Source: Catajapyx aquilonaris | Lineage: Eukaryota | Assembly (NCBI GenBank): GCA_000934665.2 | Contig: JYFJ02001709.1 | Coordinates: 1 to 64,000, forward strand | Length of the DNA stretch: 64,000 bases | Reading direction: 5' to 3' | Made by a program: the position numbers and the translations under genes | Shown here: positions 37,401-47,200 of the stretch, in pieces | How positions within the stretch are numbered: position 1 is the stretch's first letter | Layout: every line of letters starts with the position of its first letter | The notes under the pieces: generated by a model | The model's database searches: none | What the model saw: only the letters and a program-made list of their open reading frames with translations | What the model was told of the DNA's origin: nothing

Positions 37401-38119
37401 TTGTTTTAAGATATGCTTGACACACACAACTGATCTCACACTGCCAAAGGTGTACCATCACAAACAAAAGATGATCAGTGATCTTCTTGTGGACGGCGGT
37501 CCATGACAACATCATTTTAAAAAAAATGTGTATTGCATTTTGCTTGATGGGAGCGAAATCAGCATTTAATAATAATTACTAAAGGTCAGATAGCTATCCC
37601 CTAAGTCTAAACTAAAGTATTACCGTATCTAAAGACACCTCTAAAAGTAAGCTGTTTTCATGGGATTTTGGAAAGTTACTCAGCAGAAGAGTAACTACAT
37701 TTTGCTACAGGTGATATCTTCCTGCAGAATCTTACAGCCGAGTCAAGCAGTCCTACTCCCTTCCTTTTCTTAATGAGAGCAGAAGTCATGCAATGAAAAT
37801 CCTAGTGTTTTTTTTTTTTTTGTTAGAAACTTTACACTGTTCTAAGGGACTCAATTGATAAGAGCTAAAAGTAGGTGAATAATAATCGAATCACTTTCCA
37901 AACACCAGTGACACTGATCTGGAACAAACAATTTGGCACTCACCACCTTCAGAGAACATTACCCACAGTACTTTTTGTTAACATGTGCTTATACTGGGGT
38001 ACCTTTTTTCGTTTTTTGCCACAATCATGTTGCACTATTACCCCCAATGCAAGGGAATATACAAGAATCTGAGCATTAATGTTACCTTTTTTCTTCTCCC
38101 ACAGGAAGGAAAAAAATAA
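21028..38119 (+). CDS. mud: Mud/NuMA-type spindle coiled-coil protein
   Basis: Exons ~21028-21108, 21202-21346, 22150-22364, 22424-~22636, 25410-26124, 27889-28494, 28950-29441, 30010-31165, 32837-33361, 34932-35537, uncertain small exon(s) at ~35.65-35.9 kb, 36029-36730, 38105-38119. Long heptad E/K/Q/L coiled coil with KGENLG. C-terminal NLFNCEDEDGEVFDNTYLDDLK and GRLSELQRRNTLYPPHMRSCYPAE match the Pins/LGN-binding and NLM (NuMA/LIN-5/Mud) motifs. Confidence 0.85.
21422..21738 (-). mobile_element. tRNA-derived SINE with (TTA)n tail and 16-bp TSD
   Basis: Minus-strand A box TGGCATAGTGG and B box GGTTCGAATCC. (AAT)n tail at ~21420-21458. TSD ATTACCTTGAGAAATA at 21406-21421 and 21739-21754. 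Confidence 0.92.
23190..24785. mobile_element. Tc1/mariner-superfamily fold-back element made of two inverted transposase 3' ends
   Basis: TA-flanked CAGGGT... and ...ACCCTG ends; inverted arms of ~280 bp. Right arm encodes WPPLSPDLTTPDFLWGYLKSLVF..LKDQIRHAV; left arm carries the same tail on the minus strand. Confidence 0.85.
26250..26892. mobile_element. Unclassified non-autonomous DNA element with ~130-bp TIRs
   Basis: GACCTCCATGGCGGAATGAAAGTACTGAAACAAAGCAGGC at ~26271 is inverted at ~26830-26870; GTCTTACTCAAGCAATT is also mirrored. Confidence 0.75.
31392..31453. repeat. Short near-perfect hairpin (TIR remnant)
   Basis: CTCAAAAGATGGAGACAATTTTGCAT, a 9-nt loop, then ATGCAAAATTGTCTCCATCTTTTTGAG. 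Confidence 0.85.
31745..32208 (+). mobile_element. Tigger/pogo-type non-autonomous element resembling MER2/MER2B, interrupted by a Harbinger MITE
   Basis: TA-CAGT start; TATCCATGGGGGATTAGTTCCAG; GATACCAAAATC..CAAGTCCCT; TATACTTTAAATCATCTCTAGATTACTT; CAAATTCTAGTTTTGCTTTTTGG. These match the MER2/MER2B consensus as recalled from memory. Confidence 0.7.
31832..31956. mobile_element. PIF/Harbinger MITE, copy 1
   Basis: TIRs GGGCCGGTTTCA and TGAAACCAGCCC, flanked by TAA and TTA; 125 bp. Confidence 0.85.
33550..33674. mobile_element. PIF/Harbinger MITE, copy 2 (opposite orientation to copy 1)
   Basis: TIRs GGGCCGGTTTCACCGAGCT and AGCTCGGTGAAACCGGCCC, TTA TSD; near-identical reverse complement of 31832-31956. 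Confidence 0.9.
34339..34426. repeat. (TTA)n microsatellite
   Basis: Direct observation, about 28 units. Confidence 0.95.
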
Positions 38120-38296
38120 GGACTAATAGCTACAAGAAATTACTGCCTGACACGTGGGAAAAAGATGCATTTATTTTTCAAACTGTACAATATTGGGATA
38201 GTCTTTTCCATCACTCCTGTTTATATAAATAGAAGCTAAATGTCAACAAATTATGTAACATCATTCCAAGTAAACAAAACCAAATCAGCCAGAATG

Positions 38297-40173
38297 TTAT
38301 TTTGAGACCTTTTCCAGGGCTAGTTGAGGCCCACCAAATAACTGATATGACTTTAAAATAATGCGCGAAGCAAGCCGACCTTTACATTGACCTGAGTGTT
38401 TCATCACGTAGGTGTACATGTGGCGAATGGTTGCTGGGTACTGAATTACTAGGATATCGTGCCACTCAGACTTGATCTCCTCAAGGGAAGACAGGAGTTC
38501 TGGAATCATGTCAACACCACATGAGTTGTGGTCCATCTTCAACAAGGCAGCAGCATACTGGCATGATGGAGGATACAGGGATATAAATTCAGTGTGTGTC
38601 AGCTGGCAGGCTGTGCTCTGGACGAATCTGGCAATGTGGTGAGAAATTGTTTTTCCAAAGTGGTTGGAGATGAGGTTGTCAAGCATTATGCGAGAAACCA
38701 GTTGGAAGGCTGGGGCAGACGAAGAGCATGCCAAGACCAAGAGCTGTGGCTTACCACCTAAGCTAGGCTGGGGATCACGGAGGCAGGAAGACACAATATT
38801 TTCACACAAAGAAGGGTTCTTGGAGAGAACAAGCCCTAGGACAGGCCTAGGGAGAGAGATGTCGCCAGCAACAGATGCGTTCCACACATCAGACAGGAAG
38901 GTCTGGCATTCGGGAAGTGCCTGAAAGGGGAATGTGTCTTTCAGTTATGGCAGGCGCAACGCTTTCAACCAGATCACAAAAGCCTCCAGCAATAAACTCA
39001 AGTTTTAAAAATCAAGTCTTTCTGTTTCAGTCACATTTCTCGAACAGTTGCAACCCCTGGAGTGTGGTAAACTTACTTCTTGCAACTCAGACGTACACAG
39101 CCCTGAACCATACTGACCTCATTGTTTTTTGACTTCATTAGCCAGTTGATGATACAGATGAGAGGTGCCTCCCTTCGGAAATCCATGAAATTGTTGAGAG
39201 CTTGCTGTCCTATCCAGATGGCTAGCTTCAGTTTTCTATCTTGCAGCATATGTGGGAGAAGTTGGTCCTGCATAAATGTCTCGTACTTGAAGAGGTATAA
39301 ATGCTTCAGGTAACGATGAGTGTGGCTGTCAGTCCAAGTCAGCCCTCCCATAAACTGAAGTTGTCTCTGTAATTAGTTTTAATAATGTGTCAGTAATTAT
39401 TATCATCTGCAATGTCAATGTTGGCAGAAGGGCCACAAAAGGCCTCCAACAGTTGATGCATGGGCAAAATGTGAGTCAAGTTGTCAATATTGTACCTTAA
39501 CAGCTTGATGAGACCAATGTAAATGGCAACAGCAACAAGTTATTAATTGAAGGGTACCAGCGATTTGTGAACTATGCTGACTGGTAATGTTAATGTAGTG
39601 GAATTTCATTGGTTGTTGGTTGTAAGCTACAAAGAAGTCTGCAGATGTATCCACTCATCACCTTCAGCATGAGGCTCCGACTTTTGGGACATTTATAAAA
39701 CACTTACAATGGCAGCAGCAGATTCGCGTCCCTTGCTGCCCAAGATCAGGGTTACACGCCTTTCCACCTGAAAGAAATAACAATTTGTGCTATAAACGCT
39801 CACTGCCACTACTTTGAAGGCCAGCTGCATGATTGATGGTTAATCCAGTCCATGTGGTTGATACGTATGTAATTCACAAAAGTTGGAATAATCACTTTCT
39901 GGTTTTACTATAGTTCAATGCAAGCAGGCCTTAGAATTCGCATGTGGCTCTGGGCCACAGAACACACATAAATACTTATTCAAGTGAAATTAAATGCATA
40001 ATAGTAAATATAATTTAAAAAAGGTAACCAATTTAGGTGGTAAATGCATTCCTGAGAATCAATGAAAAATCCCAAATTTCCCAGCTTTCCCTTCTTATAT
40101 CTTTATCCAAGCAAAGACTCACCGCGCCCTTAATGAGGGCAGCCTCGTCTTCTTTTCCAGGGCCAGTAGTCAT
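38297..40173 (-). CDS. Uncharacterised ~330-aa, probably alpha-helical protein
   Basis: Phase-0 exons 40173-40123 (MTTGPGKEDEAALIKGA), 39767-39708, ~39366-39118 and 38920-38297 join in frame with GT-AG sites. Leu/Cys-rich sequence. CpG-rich putative promoter at ~40860-41100. Confidence 0.7.
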
Positions 40174-41978
40174 TGTAGCCGTATTGCTCCTGACCTGTGA
40201 TGATCAGGATGGGGATTCGAGACTTACTAGCACACAGCATAAGTTATGGGCAAAATATTTGCAAGAAGCCTCTTACAGCAGAAGTTTACACTTTGACTGA
40301 GTGATCTGCGCATAGCACTTGCTGTAAGTGTATGAAGGAGTGTTCCGAAGCTCATGAAAACAAGAGTTTCAGGGTGAATATGAGCCTTTCTCGTATCAGC
40401 GAGAGTCGACAGACTAATTGACCTCTAGTTCTCCCTTGTGCTTTTGCTATGGCCATTTCTCATGAGCTTGGGAACACACCTTTAATAATTGTTTCCCTTG
40501 TTCTGTCGCTCACAGATGGGCTCTTTCTGGGCAAAGCCCATAATTGGATCTGGCCAAAACCGACTGATTACGCCACATTACACAACTCTATGCACCAAGA
40601 CTCTCTCCTCCAGTCAATTTCTTCAGCTTTGTATCCATGTTGAAAGTGCATACGTATAATGAAGTGAAATGATGCGCAGATAGATTTTTTTTTTGTCATG
40701 CCAGATGATTGTCACGATTTATTCGGACATTTATCATCTCAAAATAACTTTGGTGAGTGAGGCTTTTCCAAGAGAGGTTGTGGAAGAGGCGCCACATTTG
40801 CCATTGATGTATTATTGGACAACTTGTATGACCTCTACCAATTGATCCTTCCTTTCCTGTGATCCGACGCTTCACCTGCACTGCCCACAGTGTCTAGTGT
40901 GAATCGGGCAGAACTGGGGGCAGCCCGTGGTTCCAGCCGATTCCGAAGAACACACTCGCTACTGCACGACGCGCCTCCAGCATGCACAATGCATATCGCG
41001 TGCTGCATATGGCGCCATGGCGGGCCAGTTTCATACCCGAAATCCAAGACACGCTCTTTCTAAGCGTCTACAAGTACCGCAACATGATTGTGAACACGTA
41101 GTATAATTTTTGATTATTAACCCATTGTTAATTAATAAGTGCGTTGCAGATTATTCGACCTTGATCAATTTGCTCACCAGGGGGCAGCGAATGTGCTGCT
41201 CTCTGGTCCGCTCCTTCTGAAGCTGCAGAGGCGAGTGACCAAATCACGGACCAAATATTCTCTGGTTCAAACTAGGCCAGGGCGCGAGAAAAGTTTCCGC
41301 AACAAATACGATGATCCTCTGGTGGTGTATCTTCAGCAGGCCTGCGAGTCGACCCGTGGTTTTGCACTTAACTTTACTGATCACACCAGTACCAAGTGGC
41401 CTTGTGAGAAGGCTACAGGCAATACGTGCACCTCGGCATTGCTTCGCTCACGTCTGCAAACAATCTGATGAAGGCTCCGGGATACTTTAGTCATATTTGG
41501 GTAAATATCAAGAATCAACCACTTGATTAGAAGTAACTGTCAGTCAAGCAAACCAGCAATCCCACAGTGGCATCCCACCATGACAACCTCCAGGATCCAC
41601 TTCCATCGGCACCAGCATGTACAGTATTTGTTGTTTCAGCAGAGCCATGCAAGAAGAGGCATCAGGGTTCCCAATGGAGAACATAGACCTGACCTGACAA
41701 GGCACTAGCCATAATTATCTAGTCTCTCACACCGTGATTAGGGAAGTCAGTCCTGAGTTACGAATAGTTCTGGTTATTAAAATTCATTCACACGCTTAAT
41801 AAGTAGAATCAGATAGACCTCTCTCTCATTTTCAAAGTGGTAACGACCTGTTTGAGAGTGTCACCCCCCAGGTCTGGCCTTGAACGACAAGATCATATCA
41901 ATAACAGTGTAAAGAAAACCCAAGCAGTAGAAATAGTTATTCCATCTCATGTTTCACTAAATATGTACAATTTGTAAA

Positions 41979-43724
41979 CTATTTTGAACTCTCTTTTGCT
42001 GTATCAGGTGGCTTTTGCGTCTCTGATATTATCAGATCGTGGTCTATCATGAGTGGCTCTAACACAGTAGCTCTCCTCTGACGCACTTGTAGTTCAGTCT
42101 CACTGTGGAGAAAAGGTTTATGAGGCTTGAACAACTTACTACACAGCATGTGCTTAAAGTGTGATTCGCACAACTGACCTCCTCTTTGCATCTTTCCAGT
42201 TGCGTTGCCAGTATTCCATGTCCTCCATAGTGACACCAGTAAGCTTCATTATTCCAAGAGTGAGACCACCTGCAACGCCACCTAATGCACCACCTAAAAT
42301 GAGAAGAAAAGTGTAACACAACATCTGTAATATTGAATCACATGGACAAAGAAGAGGACATCCACTCTTGGTTTGCAACTTACTTAGGGTGAGTTGCATG
42401 ATCGATAGTAAAATGGTGGCTGATCCATGATATTAGCATAGGATTCATTTGGGATTTACTCTCAATCATGGTACTGGCCTTTAGTGATCAAGCATTATAA
42501 AATTACAAGTTGCACGTCAAAAACAGCAATGGCAACCCATTACAACAAATAGGGATGCTTTATTTTACCTCTCTCATAATGTGAAAAAATTAAAGTGAAT
42601 TTGTGCAGAGTTAAAGTCAAGTATGGAGATATATCTCCTTCTTCCATCAAGCGACTCATGTCAGGTACCACAATCTTACCCAAAATTGCTCCGACGACAG
42701 CTCCCCGAATCCCAATGTTCATCCTGTACAACACTCCAGTAGCAGAACCTGCCGCAATGTACTCAACAAAGCCATGCTTGTTCCTGTACCTGGCCACAGA
42801 ACTTCTCACCAGCATGAAGGTCCCAGAGAAAAGGCCAATCCTCCATCCCCACCTCCAGAATCCTTTTCCCAGGGACACGGTCATCTTATCCTGAAGTTTT
42901 TTCTGCGCCGGAAGTGAATTCTTCATTAGGTCTGGCATCCTATTTATTCATAAATGGTGTTAATTTGACAAGAGTTCAAACCTGTGCATCTAACATGTTA
43001 TGGAATCTGGTGGCCTCATTCTGCTCCACAAAGTCAACGTACGTGGATCGAGTGCTCATAAAGGCGCCCACACAACCACCAAAGAAGAATCCCATGAGTG
43101 CAGTGTCCTTTGCTTGCTGCACTTCCATACTTGCAGTACCAAATTCGCTGTAACAGAGATAGTAAAAATACTGACACTCAATATTATTCATCATTAATTG
43201 ATATTGATTGACAATGATTAAGAATATTAATTACAATATATTGGTTATAAATCATTACCAATAATTACACAGTGTGTATTATAAAAACCTGTTATCTATC
43301 AATATGATCAATAATATCGATAAATGATCCACAATTAATCATTAATGCAGTAATATATTCAGTGTAACTAATATATTGTGGTCATAACTTAATACATTAA
43401 TTACAAATAATTATTATCAGCGCTAATTAAGTAATATAAAATGGCGCAGTTTCATGCAGAAAATTGTGGCTCATCGAATGTTATATTCGTGATTTGTGCT
43501 CATCAGTATTTTCAGCCATTTCAGGTATTTTCACGTGTGTTTTTTTACTCGAGCGAGAACATCTGCCTGAGCCTCTCGTGGCCGGTCTTGGCCTCTTCCC
43601 TGGCCCTGGCAGCCTTCTCCTGCTCCTCTGGCAGCACATCGTAGTTCTCCTTGAACTCGCCAAGAATATTAAAGGCCAATCCTCCGTAAGCAACTCTCCT
43701 CAAAACTGGCAAGCGCGCCGCCAT
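41979..43724 (-). CDS. TIMMDC1: TIMMDC1 / RPII140-upstream (140up) Tim17-family complex I assembly factor
   Basis: Exons 43724-43549, 43147-42982, 42902-42680, 42293-42179, 42102-41979. Motifs TGHERLRQMF..DEFG, FVEQNEATRF, KKLQDKMT..KGFWRWGWRIGLFSGTF, YRNKHGFVEYIAAGSATGVLYRM and Gly-rich TM segments. Confidence 0.92.
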
Positions 43725-44210
43725 CTTCAAAACACCGTTGCCAATCCATGCCCATCGCGCATTGTTAATACTGGATTATTTAACATTCTTAACGTAATGA
43801 AGTATTACGTGCATAAATTAAGCAATGCACAACAAATTATAATAATGAGTATAATGCGGTCTTTGCATTGTGGCAACACTGGGATTTTGCTACATCCGCG
43901 CCAACGTGTCAATGCGGCGGATCGCGGGACTTGTTACGAACCGGTTGCCCTTCAAGAAGTTCTGTTGGATTCGCCTTTCATTGTTGACCCGTACCGCGGC
44001 TGGAGTGTGGGACATCCAGCTCTTTCTCCTTGCTTCTCCAGTCCCTGGACGACCACAAGATTATTCCGCACATGCTGGATGCCCGCGGAGTGGGTGAGAG
44101 ATAGAGACACACAGAAGGGGTGGGAGGAGAGATGATGTCGGGGGGGAAAAAAAGACCGTTGGAATTTATCTCTTGAGAGTTTGCTAATGGCGTGTTTTTT
44201 CTTTTCAGGT
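43725..44210. promoter_or_regulatory. Bidirectional promoter between TIMMDC1 and the downstream + strand gene
   Basis: Divergent starts ~530 bp apart; CpG-rich; TGGCAACACTG at 43871-43881; probable non-coding first exon with GTGAGA donor near 44094. Confidence 0.65.
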
Positions 44211-44256
44211 TAGGAACACCCAAGAAACCCCCAGGTTTTGAGACGAAGCTCCAGAC

Positions 44257-47200
44257 ATGAACCGAGACGGGAAGATGGAAGGTGAGTTCATGCGTATGTG
44301 AAAGGTGGAGATGAGATTAGCTGCATCATTGGGTAGTACATTTTGTGCGAGCTTCTTGTGGATGTGGGGATGCTGGTAATCCTGGTGTTGACTCAGATGT
44401 TACATGCAGAAAGGGTGGGATTGGTATACTACTACAGTTGTAGTGGAGAATCCTTCATCTGAAATTCAGATATCCAGAAACCTCCAAAATCCAACAGTTT
44501 TTAAGTGCTGACATGATTCATCACAAATGGAAAATTCCGTGGGAGTGGGACATTACTAGCATCATTACCTGCATCTCCAAGTATTTAAAAATATTTAAAA
44601 TGTACATTAAATTACCTACAGAGTTGATAACATCTATTAAGAAATGCAACTGGATATTGTGTTAAGGCATTTATCCCATCTCAAATCTGTCCAGGTAGAT
44701 TGTTCCTGGTCATCGGTGGTAACCCCATCTTGGGAATATACCATTAGTGAAATGAATTAATGAATGGATGGATGAAAAATCTGTCCCATTTTATAGATTC
44801 AAATACACACACATTTCGAAATCCGAAAAACTGCCAGTCCCAAGTATTTCGGATAGAGGATTCTCAACTGTACTCTGTGAGGAGTAGAGGAGATAGAGGT
44901 AGTATGTACAGTAAGTCCAGATGATGTACCACTGATTTCTGGAACTTCAGGAAGGGAAATGAGTTCTGTGGTTGAGTTAGTACAAATGCAATAATTGGCT
45001 CTTTGCAAGCCTAGGTCTCTTAAGTCTCACAAGCTGTAATTGACCTGGGATGTTGGGTGTACAGGAAGTCCCTGCCTTACGAATGACCCAACTTGCAGCG
45101 ATCCATACGACTGGGCTCCCAAGGATACTTTATGATATATTTATACCTCCACTTTCAATCTCTTCTGCATATGTTGACCAACACCAAGTTCAACATAAAT
45201 AATCTATATTAAATAAATAAATGGGGAACTAAGTTTTTCTGCACGTGTACACAAACACACATGATGTAGGCAGTTTGTTGGAGCAGCATCTAGTATATGG
45301 CTGTTTCTCAGGGATCCGAGTTACATACAAATTCGACTTATGGACACTTTCAGGAATGTAACCCCATTCGTAGACTGGGGACTTCCTGTACTCAGAGACT
45401 AAAACCACAAGGACATCAAGAATAAAAGCCAGTCAGTATTGCATGCAAATCTGGTTGTGACTGAATGTGGGAGTAAATAAATAGGAGGTCTTGCCTATCC
45501 ATGTTAGTTGGTTGCCATCAGTGCAGCATTCAAGTATTGGATAGAACTGCCATATTGCCCAGAATGAAAGTTCCTGCAATGTAAGCAGTGTGTAGTGTGT
45601 TACAGTGCATTCCAGGCACCAAGAGTGGAAGTCACCGATGTGCACTGAAGATTGCAGGGACAATATATTGGTGAGGTTTCTGTCACTGGCTACATGACAA
45701 AGTGTTAATGAAATCATCAACATGCAGTAAACTGATCTGCCTTTAATATACAGGTAGGACCTGTTTCATGATGGGGTTAGGTTCGAGCGAAACAGAGTTG
45801 TAAAATTAATAATACATGTCTTTTTTTTAAACTATTTATTAGTATAGTCAATAAGTTCCCGTCCCGGCTGCGGGAGGCCGGCAGGTGACATGGAGACAGG
45901 TGCTGCTGTGGTTGGCTGTGAGGTACATTAGCAGTCACCAACCTGGCCAAGAGTGAACTCGGTGTGCTGCGTAATAGCTGCGGTACACAGTCGAAAAATG
46001 TTGTTCACCATATCAGACGCGTCCAAGGCGAACGAACGGGCAGTAGGCAGGAGATTCATACACGCATGAGGGCTGTGTATGGAGACACTTGCGTGGCGTA
46101 CTCGACAGTGAAGGACTGGGTACGCCATTTCCGCAGGGGTCGACAAGGCGCTTGTCCATCGACAGGATTGCTGAGCAGGCATGCAAGCGCCGATCACTTT
46201 GAACCAACCCCTCGACACACACTAGGCTTGCATCGTTGGAGGCGGTAACAGGTCAGCCTGACCGTGCCATGTCCGACGTGCCTTGTTTACCACTGCGGAA
46301 ATGGCGTACCCAGTCCTTCACTGTTGAGTACGCCACGCGAATGTCTCCATACACAGCCCTCATGCGTGTATGAATCTCCTACTGCCCGTTCGTCCGCCTT
46401 GGACGCGCCTGATATGGTGAACGACATTTTTCGACTGTACCGCAGCTATTACGCAGCACACCGAGTTCACTCTTGGCCAGGTTGGTGACTGCTAATATAC
46501 CTCACAGCCAACCACAGCAGCACCTGTCTCCGTGTCACCTGCCGGCCTCCCGCTGCCGGGACGGGAACTGATTGACTATACCTAATATATGAGGGGTCTT
46601 CAAGTCATTCCCGGACTTTATTTTTTAACAAATCACACACAAGTGACACAGGTGTCAAACCTTGGTCATTTCTCGACATAGTCCCCAGCAACAGCACAAC
46701 ATTTTCCCCACCTATGTATAAGCGCTTGTATAGCAGCAGCATAGAATGAGGGTTCCCCCCTCCTTAGCCCTGCCAGGACAGCTTGCACTGCCTCATTCAT
46801 CTCAAAGCGCCGTCCAGACAAATTCTCTTTTAAAGGTCTGAAAAGGTGGAAATCGCTGGGGGCGAGGTCGGGGCTGTATGGCGGGTGAGGAATAGTGGTC
46901 CAACCGAGTGTGCGAATTTTGTCCATGGTGATGTGGGCTGTGTGGGGGCGGGCATTGTCCTGCAGTAGAATAATGCCTTGCAGACATCTTAGAGACGTAA
47001 AGGTGTTCATGCAGAATAGTCTCAACCCTGCCACAACTGATTTCTGTCATCTGCACAAGTTCACGAACAGTAACGTGACGGTGACAGCCACTGAGCACTA
47101 AACCCTCCACACGCTTGATGTTTGCTGGTGTCACCACACTGGACGCCAAATCATCGAGCACACTTTTGCGGCTGCCTGTGTATCATGCAGCCCACTCGTA

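Noticed and set aside
43464..44135. 223-aa + strand ORF
   Set aside because: Antisense to TIMMDC1 exon 1 and runs across the promoter; non-ATG start and no motif.
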